Counted from the first letter of the stretch, positions 10,163 to 20,501 are shown. The stretch is DNA of 47,989 bases from a virus (IMGVR_UViG_3300030372_003502:1-47989), one strand, 5' to 3'. Numbers and translations: made by a program. The notes: generated by a model not told the origin, from the sequence alone.

Positions 10163-10312
10163 TTATATCTTGCTTTTTACTGTTGCCCATATCTTATCAT
10201 CTAACTTGTTTTTAGTTGACGCTACTAAGTGGTCACCCAAAGCAATAAACATCTGTTTTTTCATTGCTGGAGTAAATACCATCTTTAATAACTTAGATAT
10301 TATTATCTTCAT
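10163..10312 (-). CDS. Small protein (49 aa) with TxNxLDD motif, possibly lysis-associated
   Basis: Not in ORF track; MKIIISKLLKMVFTPAMKKQMFIALGDHLVASTKNKLDDKIWATVKSKI; GGAG RBS upstream. Confidence 0.65.
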   Translation of the reverse strand: MKIIISKLLKMVFTPAMKKQMFIALGDHLVASTKNKLDDKIWATVKSKI

Positions 10313-10320
10313 TCATTCTC

Positions 10321-10569
10321 CTATTTGTTAAATAACCATGTTATTAAGGCACTAAATGCGCCAAATATAACGCTTCCCATACCAAATATTCTAGAAATAG
10401 ACTTTTCGTTTTTTCTAACTCGTCCATTCTGTTCTCTTAATAAAGTTCTTTGGTCAACTAAAGTTTCCTTAATATGTCTAACATCATGTTTAAGAACTTC
10501 TAAACTAATAACCATTTCCTGTCTATACTTATCTAAATCAAAATCTTTACTTGTCTTTTTTTGAGCCAT
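10321..10569 (-). CDS. Putative holin/XhlA-like protein
   Basis: 82 aa; coiled coil followed by a single C-terminal TM helix. Confidence 0.5.
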   Translation of the reverse strand: MAQKKTSKDFDLDKYRQEMVISLEVLKHDVRHIKETLVDQRTLLREQNGRVRKNEKSISRIFGMGSVIFGAFSALITWLFNK

Positions 10570-10678
10570 CTTTCTCCTTCATCATCTCTTCTATTAGCTC
10601 GATAGCTCCTTGTAGCTTTAAAAACAGCTCTTTAGCTATAGCTTGTTGTTTCTTAAGTTCTTCTAGTTTCTTCTCCAT
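10547..10678 (-). CDS. Small coiled-coil protein (43 aa)
   Basis: Not in ORF track; AGGAG RBS; MEKKLEELKKQQAIAKELFLKLQGAIELIEE. Confidence 0.65.
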   Translation of the reverse strand: MEKKLEELKKQQAIAKELFLKLQGAIELIEEMMKEKDGSKKDK

Positions 10679-10686
10679 ACTATCTC

Positions 10687-11433
10687 CTAATAATTATGAG
10701 GAACTAAATGCCCTGTTGTTATGTTATTGCTCCTAGCTCTTTTTTTAGCCTTCTTAACTGCAATCTCATACTCATTATCAAAGTACTGAGCTACATCTAC
10801 TCTTTGATTTCTAGGGTCTTTATATCCTTGAGCTATAGCTTTGTATGTTAAAGCCTCATGATACATACTTGGTATTTCTGGTATATAAGTAGAACCTGAG
10901 CTAGAGTTAGCTGCTAAATGTGTACCTCTAGATATATAGTGTGCTCTTATTTGTAATCCAGCTGTAGATATACTTTGAAAATCAGTTGTTACATCATCTC
11001 TTGTAGTGTTTCTTATACTTTTTTCAACTAAACCAAGTCTTACACCACTATCATCTATTGGATACCAATATCTTTCAGTGCTAGAGCTAACAGGGGTAGA
11101 TAAAGCATTATCAGCACTTTCATGCTCATCATCATCAATAAGCATAGCTTCATCTTTTGAGATTAACCTAGGAGTAAGTACATCATTAACCCATACATTT
11201 AACACTCTTAAGATATCACTACTACCATCTATTGCTGTATCTGTTAATTCGCCTCCTACGGCTGGATAATACCTTTGCCCTGCTACAGTAGTGCCTACAG
11301 TCTTATATCGCTTTAAACACTCTGTTTCGGCCGTAAAATCATCCATAGCTCTATTTATAAGCTTTAAAATCTCAATTTCTCCCATGTGGGCATGATGTTG
11401 TTTTACTAGTTCTAATAATTCTATTCTATTCAT
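10687..11433 (-). CDS. Head-tail adaptor / tail ring protein
   Basis: 248 aa; N-terminal helices (LINRAMDDF) and C-terminal PEIPSMYHEAL..KA motif typical of podovirus adaptors. Confidence 0.7.
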   Translation of the reverse strand: MNRIELLELVKQHHAHMGEIEILKLINRAMDDFTAETECLKRYKTVGTTVAGQRYYPAVGGELTDTAIDGSSDILRVLNVWVNDVLTPRLISKDEAMLIDDDEHESADNALSTPVSSSTERYWYPIDDSGVRLGLVEKSIRNTTRDDVTTDFQSISTAGLQIRAHYISRGTHLAANSSSGSTYIPEIPSMYHEALTYKAIAQGYKDPRNQRVDVAQYFDNEYEIAVKKAKKRARSNNITTGHLVPHNY

Positions 11434-11892
11434 TTACGCTACCGATGCTATTAATACTTCTAAATCACACGCTCCAGTATCTGCCTGGACTTTCATACTT
11501 GTTATATCTGCATTGACAGCTCCAGCAGTTGCTGCATCTGCAGCACTCATAGCTGTCTTATGTGTCCATAGTATAAAGCTCTTTCCAGCTTCTAACTTAT
11601 AGACAAATTCATCACTATTTGCATCTGTTAATCTTAGAGTTACAAAGTTAGTACTATCATAGTTTGTTACTCTAACATATGCTATTTTATCTTCGTCAAA
11701 TTGACTTCCTGCAACATCTGATGCATGAGTTGTATATAGAGTTATTTCTGATGTAGGGCAGGTTATAACCCTTTTAAATATATCATTACAGGTTAAGGTT
11801 TCTGCTACAGATGTAGCTGTATCCATAACTGTAGTACCTACATCTAGTGACTCTGTTATTGTTACTGTTAATGTTCCTGTAGCTATTGCCAT
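11434..11892 (-). CDS. Virion structural protein
   Basis: 152 aa Thr/Ala/Val-rich beta protein within the head-tail gene block. Confidence 0.6.
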   Translation of the reverse strand: MAIATGTLTVTITESLDVGTTVMDTATSVAETLTCNDIFKRVITCPTSEITLYTTHASDVAGSQFDEDKIAYVRVTNYDSTNFVTLRLTDANSDEFVYKLEAGKSFILWTHKTAMSAADAATAGAVNADITSMKVQADTGACDLEVLIASVA

Positions 11893-11895
11893 AAA

Positions 11896-12594
11896 TTATT
11901 CTCCTATTTGCTCTCCTGAGTCTCCTGTTAATCTTTGCATTTCTGCTTGATACATTGCTTGTAATGACTGAGATTGAGCATTTAACATAGCTTGTATCTC
12001 GTCATCCTCATCATCTTGAACTGCATCGCTTATTAATGTTTGTATTATATATATGCTTGCTTTTAAAGCTATAGCATGTTCTGCTTCGTTAGGAAGACCA
12101 GCTGTTTCAGATAAACTTTCTTCATCTGCACCTATAGGGTATGTTATATACCATACTTTAGCTGTATTAACAGTGTCTGCACTTCCTCCAGTTAATGCTG
12201 GAAATACTTTTAGTACGGTTGTTCCACTTTCTGGGTCTTCTGTAAATATAGGGGAAAATGCAGTTGGGTAATAGATACTGTTCGTATCTTGTGTTATTGA
12301 TAAATATTCATCTATATCTATCTTTTCACAAACTCTATGGATAAATATAGCACTATCGTTATTGCCTTCAATCCTAACTACTCTAAGAATCTTTTTACCT
12401 TCTGTATTCATAGTAGGGCTACCAGATGTTAAATCTGTAGGAGCAACAGCGTATTTTAGTAACAAACTTATAGGAAGAGCATCTAATACTTCAGCCGCAG
12501 CTGTTTCTATAGCTTCGTCTTCTGTGTTTATAGTGTTACTAGAATAATCAAATCCAACTAAATCTTGTATTCTTTGTCCTAATGTAGCAGCCAT
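11896..12594 (-). CDS. Second adaptor/ring-like protein
   Basis: 232 aa; GLPNEAEHAIALKA parallels the motif in 10687..11433. Confidence 0.6.
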   Translation of the reverse strand: MAATLGQRIQDLVGFDYSSNTINTEDEAIETAAAEVLDALPISLLLKYAVAPTDLTSGSPTMNTEGKKILRVVRIEGNNDSAIFIHRVCEKIDIDEYLSITQDTNSIYYPTAFSPIFTEDPESGTTVLKVFPALTGGSADTVNTAKVWYITYPIGADEESLSETAGLPNEAEHAIALKASIYIIQTLISDAVQDDEDDEIQAMLNAQSQSLQAMYQAEMQRLTGDSGEQIGE

Positions 12595-12597
12595 ACT

Positions 12598-12702
12598 TTA
12601 CCCTTTTAAGTTCAATTTTCTTTTAGTATTAGGTTTAATGCCTTTATAAGGAACTCCTATACTGCTCGAATATACAACCTTTTTTACTTTTTTCTTAGGC
12701 AT
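12598..12702 (-). CDS. Small basic protein (34 aa)
   Basis: Not in ORF track; MPKKKVKKVVYSSSIGVPYKGIKPNTKRKLNLKG exactly fills the intergenic gap. Confidence 0.5.
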   Translation of the reverse strand: MPKKKVKKVVYSSSIGVPYKGIKPNTKRKLNLKG

Positions 12703-13284
12703 TTAATACTCAATATGGAATATTAATCTTAATGCATCTGCATTCGCATAATCAGGAGTAGTACTGCTTCGCAATATTGCATGACAATAAACACTTGTAG
12801 AACCTGGAGCAGCCTTTAAATATGTTATATTATTATTAGGCTCATTAGGTCCAGAGGCACTAAAAACCTTTGTAATAGTCGCATTATCTAAATCATTACT
12901 AGAAAAAGCTTGGTCTCCATCTTGAAGTAAATATCCGCATATTCCAGCAGCTTTTATATTGGCAGCACTTATATCAGCAGAAGCATTTATCGTTCCAAAA
13001 GCTGTACTTTTTTCTGTAAAGAAATACAATACATCATCTTGCTCAGAAGCAGCTTGGTCGTCTGTATCTAAGACATACATATGAACTAGCTTTGACACAC
13101 CACCTTCTCCTAAAACTGCATTAGGTATTTCGCAACCTGTAAACAGTACATCGTCTACGGCATAAGCATCCGTACTTACTGTTGGTGTTACTGTAATAAT
13201 ATTATATTTATTTTTAGAAACTGAGTTTCCAGCTCTTTTTGGAGTAACTGATACTCCAGCATTTGTTATTGTTAAATCACTCAT
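12703..13284 (-). CDS. Virion structural protein
   Basis: 193 aa acidic beta-rich protein downstream of capsid genes; GGAG RBS. Confidence 0.6.
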   Translation of the reverse strand: MSDLTITNAGVSVTPKRAGNSVSKNKYNIITVTPTVSTDAYAVDDVLFTGCEIPNAVLGEGGVSKLVHMYVLDTDDQAASEQDDVLYFFTEKSTAFGTINASADISAANIKAAGICGYLLQDGDQAFSSNDLDNATITKVFSASGPNEPNNNITYLKAAPGSTSVYCHAILRSSTTPDYANADALRLIFHIEY

Positions 13285-13304
13285 TTTTTCTCCATTAAAT
13301 TAAT

Positions 13305-13328
13305 GTAAGGGGACCGAAGCCCCCTTAC
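13305..13328 (-). terminator. Hairpin terminator/attenuator after capsid genes
   Basis: GTAAGGGGGC-TTCG-GTCCCCTTAC (UUCG tetraloop) followed by an AT-rich tail. Confidence 0.75.
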
Positions 13329-13345
13329 GATTATCTTACCACTTA

Positions 13346-13828
13346 TTATGATGGGTCGGTACCAATACCGCTTATGCTAAATCCTAAATCAGATTTAACT
13401 CCATCAAGCCAAAGCTCGGTAGCTTCAGAGCCTCCACCATAGCCATTAGCAGCTATCATAACAATCTTGACGTATTGTGCATTCTTTGGTAACAAAAATG
13501 CTTCAAGAGTGTCATCTGCTGTTAAGCCAGTTTCTGCGTTACCCTCTGTCGCCTTGGCATCATACCAAGTTTGCGAACTAGAAGATAATGCAGCCGAAGG
13601 GTCTGCACCTACTCCGCCAACAGTCACATCTTGCCCAGAATCCATTGTATACTGAACTTTAGCTGTAATGTTTGTATCTTCATCTGCCTGAGCTAAAACT
13701 ATCTTAGCTCCAGTACAAGGAAGCGAACTTCCAGATGTTTCTACAGCACCACCACTAGAATTAGCAGCAACAGTAATAGTTTCCGTAGCTTTAATGTAAC
13801 CATCTTCTTTTGCGTATGTAAATGCCAT
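13346..13828 (-). CDS. Putative capsid decoration/auxiliary protein
   Basis: 160 aa, directly after MCP and before the terminator; strong AGGAGG RBS. Confidence 0.6.
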   Translation of the reverse strand: MAFTYAKEDGYIKATETITVAANSSGGAVETSGSSLPCTGAKIVLAQADEDTNITAKVQYTMDSGQDVTVGGVGADPSAALSSSSQTWYDAKATEGNAETGLTADDTLEAFLLPKNAQYVKIVMIAANGYGGGSEATELWLDGVKSDLGFSISGIGTDPS

Positions 13829-13839
13829 AAGATACCTCC

Positions 13840-15219
13840 TTAACTAAACTTCAGAACAGCATGAGTTTCTGGTAAGCTTATTTCAAGACCAGCTTCAGTA
13901 ATAACTTGGTCTTGTCTACCATCAACTCCTGGATTCTGAACATTAGTTTCAATGAAAGTATCCCTACTTACACCATTACCAACTAGTGGTCTGTAAGCTA
14001 CATTTTTCATATCTACAGCTACACAGTAGTCTTCCCATGGTCCTCTTAATAGAGGCTCAGCAACAAAGTGTAAATTACCAAATATAGTATTTACCATTGT
14101 CACGCTATGCCCGAAAGCACCAGGGATATTAGTTACATCTAACTTGTATTGAGATGAACCAATTGAATTGTTCATGAAAGAACCACTACCTAATTTATTT
14201 AAGTAAGTAATTACTTTTCTTGAAGCTAGTACTAACTTGTTGCCAGAGTTTCCACCTTCAGGTGCAAAGAAATCTTCCATTGCATCTAAGATAGCGTCAT
14301 ATCCAGAAGAGGCATAAGTCATATTATAAACTTTACCATTAGCTTCTGTATAAGGAAGTATTCCATGAGTATATCTAGCAGCAGTAGCACCAGCAGTAGC
14401 ATTTCCTAGACCAAACAAGAAAGCTTGCTCCATGTCCATTTTATGCTCCATTAGTTTACCTTGCCAGATTCTTTGAAACTCATTCTGAACACCTCTGTAC
14501 TCTGTTGCAAGAGCTGTACCAGAAAAGATATTCATGCCAGTTTTAAATATCTGACAGTATCCTTCAGAGTCAGACATGATATCTTCCCAACCAACAGGAC
14601 TATCAGTTCCCTCTGTCCATGCAGTACCAATTACCTGACCTTTTTGACCAGCATTCATATCTGCACCAGAAGCAACAGCATCGATAGCGATTAAAGACTC
14701 ACCTGTAATCTCTGTATGACCACCAGTAGCATCGTGATTGATAAATTTACCATCACCTGCTGCTGTATTATCATTAGTTGTTACAGACGCATCTTCATCG
14801 ATTTTAAATCGATAAACTTTGCTATCACCATCTGAATAGATAGCAAGAACTTGTCCTGGGACGATGAAAAAACATTCTTCTTCTGATGAAGATATTTTAC
14901 CATCTTTTGTGTAATTACATGAAATGTGCAAATCAGTTCCAGCACCAACTGCATTTCCTGCACTTACTGTACCTGGGTCCCAATCTTCACCTGTTGATAC
15001 AAAGAAATTTCTTCTTTGCCATTGATGACGTTGTTCTAAAAACTTAAACACAGGGTCATTTGTCGCCTTTTTTGCAACTTTTGATAGATATACAAAAAAT
15101 GGAGACTGTTGAGGAGCGAGTTCTGCAACTCTATCCCCAAAATTAAAGACTCTACGGTTATTGTCTAAAGAAACGCCTGAACCAGCGGCTCCACCGCTAA
15201 TACTTGTAAAATTAGCCAT
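13840..15219 (-). CDS. Major capsid protein (SU10/DUF5309-like HK97 fold)
   Basis: 459 aa after scaffold; QSPF, YCQIFKT, EHKMDMEQAFLFG, ITEAGLEI..PETHA motifs. Confidence 0.88.
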   Translation of the reverse strand: MANFTSISGGAAGSGVSLDNNRRVFNFGDRVAELAPQQSPFFVYLSKVAKKATNDPVFKFLEQRHQWQRRNFFVSTGEDWDPGTVSAGNAVGAGTDLHISCNYTKDGKISSSEEECFFIVPGQVLAIYSDGDSKVYRFKIDEDASVTTNDNTAAGDGKFINHDATGGHTEITGESLIAIDAVASGADMNAGQKGQVIGTAWTEGTDSPVGWEDIMSDSEGYCQIFKTGMNIFSGTALATEYRGVQNEFQRIWQGKLMEHKMDMEQAFLFGLGNATAGATAARYTHGILPYTEANGKVYNMTYASSGYDAILDAMEDFFAPEGGNSGNKLVLASRKVITYLNKLGSGSFMNNSIGSSQYKLDVTNIPGAFGHSVTMVNTIFGNLHFVAEPLLRGPWEDYCVAVDMKNVAYRPLVGNGVSRDTFIETNVQNPGVDGRQDQVITEAGLEISLPETHAVLKFS

Positions 15220-15293
15220 TTTAGACCTCTCCTAATTAACACTCAATCTATCAACTGCTTTCGCCTTCAAGATAAGTGCCCCATACGGGATGT

Positions 15294-16226
15294 TTACCAA
15301 GGATTTTTACTTTTAAAATCCGATATCATATTATCCATAATCTTATCAGCTGGGTCCATACTTTGAGCAGCATTGTTTGCTGTAGGCTGAACTCCCATAG
15401 GAGACGGCACAGCTTGTGCTCTTTGTGTTTGCTGGAAAGTAGATGAAGGTTGAGCAGTCTGCCCTTGAGCAGGTGCTGTAGCTCCAATTCCTTTCTGCAT
15501 ACGATACAACTGAACTAGATTATCTACTGTTATAGACGATGGATTTGACATAGTTTCGATAAAACCTTGAGTTTCTTCAGGTGTCATGCCGTATTGACTT
15601 TGAACATGTTGAGAAACAGACTCAAGTTGTCTGGCTTGCTGCATTCTAGCTTGCCTAACTCTTTCTGCCTGAGTTCTCTGTTCTTCCATTTTTTGCATTC
15701 GTTCTTGAACAATTGCATTGTCATACTCACCTTTCAGCTGATTATACTCATCGACATTATCTCTCCATTCATCAATATCGTCTAGGTACCTAGCAGATTC
15801 ACTGTTAGGGTCTTCATAAGCTTCTTGCCTATTGAAGGTTCGTGGTTTAACAGGTCTTTCTGGAGGCGGAGGAAACTCTTCGACAGGCTCTTGAGGCTGT
15901 TGAGCTACATTTTGCTGAATCATTTGCTGCATTTGCTGTAGCTGAGCTTGAGTCTGTTTTAGTTCATTATCTCTCTTAGCTGCTTGAGACTGCCAATATT
16001 GATATCTAGTATCATCATTTTTATTCTCTAACGGCTTAGGTTGTTCCTGCGAGGGTGCCTCTTGTGGGGCCTCTTCTCCAGATGGTTCTGTAAACGCATC
16101 AGTTGGAGTTAATGTATTATCTGCAGAGCTCTCTGGCGTTTCTGCTTGAGGTGCATCTGTAAATACACTTTCGTCAAACATACTATTTGCACTTTGAGGG
16201 GTGTCTGTTCCTTGATTATCTATCAT
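15294..16226 (-). CDS. Capsid scaffolding protein
   Basis: 310 aa acidic, Gln/Pro-rich coiled coil between portal and MCP. Confidence 0.8.
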   Translation of the reverse strand: MIDNQGTDTPQSANSMFDESVFTDAPQAETPESSADNTLTPTDAFTEPSGEEAPQEAPSQEQPKPLENKNDDTRYQYWQSQAAKRDNELKQTQAQLQQMQQMIQQNVAQQPQEPVEEFPPPPERPVKPRTFNRQEAYEDPNSESARYLDDIDEWRDNVDEYNQLKGEYDNAIVQERMQKMEEQRTQAERVRQARMQQARQLESVSQHVQSQYGMTPEETQGFIETMSNPSSITVDNLVQLYRMQKGIGATAPAQGQTAQPSSTFQQTQRAQAVPSPMGVQPTANNAAQSMDPADKIMDNMISDFKSKNPW

Positions 16227-18473
16227 TTATTTCTCCTGTTTTTTTTGCTTGCCTCTCTTGGAGGGTAAAGCTGTTGTTTTGTCTTCTTTCATTGAATCTG
16301 TTACTTGCTTTTTAACGCCAGCAAGAACGTCATCCAATCGCTTTTCGTATAAAGAGCTTGCAGCAGATGATTTATTAGAAAGCTTATCAAGGTCTGCCTT
16401 GAACTTCTCAACCTCAGCTTTTTTGCGTAAGTTGATAGCTTCTCTATCTCTGGTTTGCAAGTCACCTTTAAGTTTTTTGATTTCTTGTTGAGCACCTTGT
16501 AATGCTTGATTGAGTTTTGCAATAGTATCCATTCTTTGTTGAACACCCTCAGCATCAAACACTTCAGTTTTCTTCAAGACCTCTTGTCTATCAATAAGTC
16601 CCATCGAGAATGCGTCTTTGTAAAATTCAAGTTCCGCATATCTATTAGACGGAAGTGTTGAACCTGCTACGCATATAACGTCGTACTTACCAACAGTAAT
16701 ATCGTTAAATATCTTTATCTCATTAGTTTTATCATCAACTAATCTTTGATTAATCACATAATCATTTATAGAGTTATTTGGTTGAACAACTCTAAATACT
16801 TTTTTAGTACTATATAATTGCTGCATTAATGGAATAGCTACTTGAGCTACTCTTGTTAAACCAGCTTCTATGTCAGCTAATTTAGATTTAATTTTTCTTT
16901 GACCAAACTCATCAAGACTTATGGTAGCCTTGTAAGTCTGAGGTGCAGAAGCTGTATTACCCTGCATCATTTCATATATACCTAACTGATGGTCTATATC
17001 ATTCTTGGCTGTCATTTCATTTTGATAAAGCTCGTTAGGTAATGGAGATGGTTGTACAGCCATGGGAGCACCATCGGTCGGGTCGTAAGAAATTGCCACA
17101 CCAGGTTGAGCCCATTTTTGTTCAAACTCAGCCATATCAACACTACCTTCTGGAACAAGTATTTTTGTATTTGTACTAGTGGTTGCATGTGCTATTATTA
17201 ATGACCTTGTTTTATTTATATATTCTTGCATACCTTTAACAAGCCTTACATCGCTAACTGGATAAGGTGTTCTAGTATGTATGTTGATAAACGGTACTAT
17301 AGGGTATTGCTCTATAGGTAAAACACGTTTATATAAAAGCTTATCGCCTATTACTACACATTGATGAACTCTGCACATTAAAACTTGCACCATTTCTATA
17401 GCACCTTGTTCTATTAAATCTGCAAAAGTTACTTCTTGAACTTGTATTTCTTTTTTAGATGGCTGTGGTAGCTGTGCACTAGCATCTAACCCAATCCTTT
17501 CCATTTCAGCTTTAGCTTGCATTTGTTCTTGCATTTGCCTAAGCTCTTCTTGTTCTTGTAGTTGCTTTACTATAGCTTGAGCTTGTCTTTCATCTGGTAC
17601 AATTTGACCTTGTATAATCCAAGCTGGTCTTTGTACATATTGAGCAAACTCTTCATCGTTTAAAACATCTTCTTTGTTTGAAAAGTTCTCATAAACTCTG
17701 TATTCTTTTACATGTTTTTTATAATACCTTTCATAACCTCTAACATAATTAGTATTGTCTAAAGTACCTACATCTTCTGGAAAATGTACCTTACCATCAA
17801 AGTTTCTACCAGTTTCTGGAGCATTCCAGTCTTGTTCGCTATTAGAATCTTCTATATCTTTTTTATACATAGGATATAGCTTTTTAGCCTGGTCTTTAGT
17901 AAATAATCTAGATACTATAATATTTTCTGCATCGTCAAAAAACTTATGCTGACTATTAGGGTCAACATATACATCTAACGGGTCTAGGTCGTGCATACAT
18001 ACTTCACCTTTACCCATATCTTTCATAGGGTCTTGATAAACTTGTATAAAGCCAAGTCCCATAACATAGTAGTCATCAACTACTTTTCTTATAATACTTC
18101 TACCATCAGATATATCATACATATACGAAAGCAAAGAGCTTACAACATTTGCTACTTTTTTATCTGAGTCTTCTCTAGGGGCAACTCTAAAAGATGGTCT
18201 GTTTGCTGTAATCATTGCCTTAGCAGTTTCTACTGCAGGGTGTATACGATTTACAACGATAGGTGCCTGACCTCTTTTCTTTAAAACATCAGCTTGTTCT
18301 GTAGTCCACTGCTTACCTAGTCTAAACTCTCTATCTTCTTTAGCTTCAACAGCCCAATCATCTCTTTTCTTAGAGTATCTTTGGTATATGTCTATCGTTT
18401 CATTAACAAAGTCACGCTCGTCGTGAACTGGCTTTGTATTATTGTCATTATATGGTGTATCTTTTCCTGGCAT
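16227..18473 (-). CDS. Portal protein (P22-like)
   Basis: 748 aa; G.QW..E...L..RGQAP...NRI.P, YPIVPF, QEYINK motifs; C-terminal coiled coil. Confidence 0.92.
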   Translation of the reverse strand: MPGKDTPYNDNNTKPVHDERDFVNETIDIYQRYSKKRDDWAVEAKEDREFRLGKQWTTEQADVLKKRGQAPIVVNRIHPAVETAKAMITANRPSFRVAPREDSDKKVANVVSSLLSYMYDISDGRSIIRKVVDDYYVMGLGFIQVYQDPMKDMGKGEVCMHDLDPLDVYVDPNSQHKFFDDAENIIVSRLFTKDQAKKLYPMYKKDIEDSNSEQDWNAPETGRNFDGKVHFPEDVGTLDNTNYVRGYERYYKKHVKEYRVYENFSNKEDVLNDEEFAQYVQRPAWIIQGQIVPDERQAQAIVKQLQEQEELRQMQEQMQAKAEMERIGLDASAQLPQPSKKEIQVQEVTFADLIEQGAIEMVQVLMCRVHQCVVIGDKLLYKRVLPIEQYPIVPFINIHTRTPYPVSDVRLVKGMQEYINKTRSLIIAHATTSTNTKILVPEGSVDMAEFEQKWAQPGVAISYDPTDGAPMAVQPSPLPNELYQNEMTAKNDIDHQLGIYEMMQGNTASAPQTYKATISLDEFGQRKIKSKLADIEAGLTRVAQVAIPLMQQLYSTKKVFRVVQPNNSINDYVINQRLVDDKTNEIKIFNDITVGKYDVICVAGSTLPSNRYAELEFYKDAFSMGLIDRQEVLKKTEVFDAEGVQQRMDTIAKLNQALQGAQQEIKKLKGDLQTRDREAINLRKKAEVEKFKADLDKLSNKSSAASSLYEKRLDDVLAGVKKQVTDSMKEDKTTALPSKRGKQKKQEK

Positions 18474-18486
18474 AATTTTTATCCCT

Positions 18487-18515
18487 AATATACGTTACAT
18501 TGTCATCCAATCCAA
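18487..18515 (-). promoter_or_regulatory. sigma70-like promoter TTGGAT-N17-TATATT upstream of portal
   Basis: Same hexamers and spacing as 1655..1683. Confidence 0.65.
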
Positions 18516-19988
18516 CACTTTTTTCGTTAGACTGGTATCTTTGGCATTTTCTTCAAAAGTTTTTACTCTACAAGGCTTGTGTCTATCTAGTGCAGTCCAT
18601 ACTGCATCCATAATGTCATCATGCTTTCCTTTAGGGTAAGATAAGAACTCTTGTTGAGCATCTATATCCTCAGGTCTAAAGTGAAATTGTTTTCTTGCAA
18701 ACATTGGAACTAGGGACATAAGTCTTTCGCTTTTAGAGTTTCTAGGTTTTACACCTGACTCTAATCCTGGTATGTATAAATTCTCTTCTCTCATTAAATC
18801 TCTTACAGCTACTCTTAGTGCTTCTTGATATCCAACAGTCTCTACTTTCATTCTTCTTGGTCTGTACTTTTTAAACTTATCAATTAAGATTTGAGGCTGT
18901 TCAGCTGGCGATATACGGTTTCTATAAATATCGATAACGTACTTATTATTGTCAGAATCAACGCCAATAGTAGCCACAACAAAAAAGTCAGCCCTAGAAG
19001 AAAGAGAACTGGCAGGGTCAACACCACAATAGATATCAACTGGTATAATCTTTTTTTCATCGTCTATAGTCCTTGTTAAACAGTTTTGACCATCGATTCT
19101 CTCGTAATCGTAATGGTGCATTTTTACCCACTCAGGTTTAAACGGAGCATTGTCAGGAGACTGTGCTATATTCATATACTCTTGGAAAAATCCGTTTAAG
19201 TTACCTACTGATTCAAACTCCTTTCTTATTCCTAGTATCCTGCTTTTAGGAAATCTTTCTGGCCATATACTTTTCTTATTCTCGTCCCATATAGAAAACC
19301 ATAATACTTTCCATGTTTCCGATTCTTTAGCCCAATATAAGAAACAGTCTTCAGATATTACTGTACCAATCATGCATATCTTACCGTCATCAGATAATGA
19401 CGGAATAACTGCCTCTGTCATCCACTTTCTATTCTTAGCTCTAGCTTCTGGAGTAAATGCATTAAGTTCTGACTCAAAGTCGTCTACTATAATAAGGTTA
19501 GGACGAGTATCTCCTTCGATAAATCCCCTAACTCTTTGACCTGTACCTACTGCTATGATACGAGTTCCATTAGCTAGTACTACATCTGTATGAGTCCATC
19601 TCTGAGCAGTATTAGGCCCCATATCTCCAAATGTCTTCTTAAAGTTTTTACTATGAGTTAAGTGATATTTAATTCTTGACAGGAAGTTTATTGACTGAGC
19701 TTGTGATTCTGATATAATAACCATAAACATATCTTCATCACTTCTTTTAAAAGCCAGTCTCCATAAAGGATAAATGAGAGTGGTAACAGTGCTCTTAGCC
19801 GTTCCCCTAGGGGCAGCTATTAACACTCTCTTTTCGTCGTCGTCAGCTAAAGCAGAATACACTTCGTGGTGGAACGGGGGTGTATGCTTACGGAGGGCAG
19901 TCGGGAAGCAGTACCTTCCAAACAACGCCATATTGTTCCGTAATTTTTGTAAAGCACGTAATTCTTCGTGCTGAGCTTCGTAATCCAT
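18495..19988 (-). CDS. terL: Terminase large subunit
   Basis: Walker A APRGTAKST, Walker B IIVDDFE, RNase H nuclease GVDPA and HDDIMDA. Confidence 0.95.
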   Translation of the reverse strand: MDYEAQHEELRALQKLRNNMALFGRYCFPTALRKHTPPFHHEVYSALADDDEKRVLIAAPRGTAKSTVTTLIYPLWRLAFKRSDEDMFMVIISESQAQSINFLSRIKYHLTHSKNFKKTFGDMGPNTAQRWTHTDVVLANGTRIIAVGTGQRVRGFIEGDTRPNLIIVDDFESELNAFTPEARAKNRKWMTEAVIPSLSDDGKICMIGTVISEDCFLYWAKESETWKVLWFSIWDENKKSIWPERFPKSRILGIRKEFESVGNLNGFFQEYMNIAQSPDNAPFKPEWVKMHHYDYERIDGQNCLTRTIDDEKKIIPVDIYCGVDPASSLSSRADFFVVATIGVDSDNNKYVIDIYRNRISPAEQPQILIDKFKKYRPRRMKVETVGYQEALRVAVRDLMREENLYIPGLESGVKPRNSKSERLMSLVPMFARKQFHFRPEDIDAQQEFLSYPKGKHDDIMDAVWTALDRHKPCRVKTFEENAKDTSLTKKVLDWMTM

Positions 19989-20278
19989 TACTTACTTAAG
20001 CTTTTTGCCCTTTCTTTCCCGCAATTACAATTCCATTTACGCAAAGCTTTGTTTATTCTGCTATTAGGGTCATTTGCTGTTTTAGCACTAGTAAGTCTTT
20101 TTTTCATTCCACACATCCTAGCACAGAAGCTTTTTCTTCTAGCCTTAGCTTTTCCTTTAGGATTTTTTTGAGTAACGGGTGCTTTTAATGTACCACCTTT
20201 ATAAGATGCTCTGCCTTTAGCATTTAACCCTCCACTAGGGCTCTTACCTTCTTTTCGTTGCCATGCTGGACTAGCCAT
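19988..20278 (-). CDS. Small basic protein (DUF6321-like)
   Basis: PAWQRKEGKSPSGGLNAKGRAS...RRKSFCARM; likely start MASPAW at 20278. Confidence 0.75.
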   Translation of the reverse strand: MASPAWQRKEGKSPSGGLNAKGRASYKGGTLKAPVTQKNPKGKAKARRKSFCARMCGMKKRLTSAKTANDPNSRINKALRKWNCNCGKERAKSLSK

Positions 20279-20501
20279 CTTTCTTTCTCCTTTTACCTGA
20301 GGCAGTAACAGACCATTTAACATGATGTGGTCCAGTCTTTTTATAAGCTTCTCTTTTTGGAATACGACTAGCTACAGCAGCAGGTCTGCAAGCTGGATAA
20401 GGTCTATTAGCGTCCTTTTTCCCACTCCGACCACATTTCTTACCTGTTTTGACATCTCTCCAATCTTCAGCAAACCACTTTTTTAATCCTGTTTTTGCCA
20501 T
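20271..20501 (-). CDS. Small basic phage protein
   Basis: GLKKWFAEDWRDVKTGKKCGR..RPYPACRP, pattern common in aquatic phages. Confidence 0.75.
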   Translation of the reverse strand: MAKTGLKKWFAEDWRDVKTGKKCGRSGKKDANRPYPACRPAAVASRIPKREAYKKTGPHHVKWSVTASGKRRKKDG

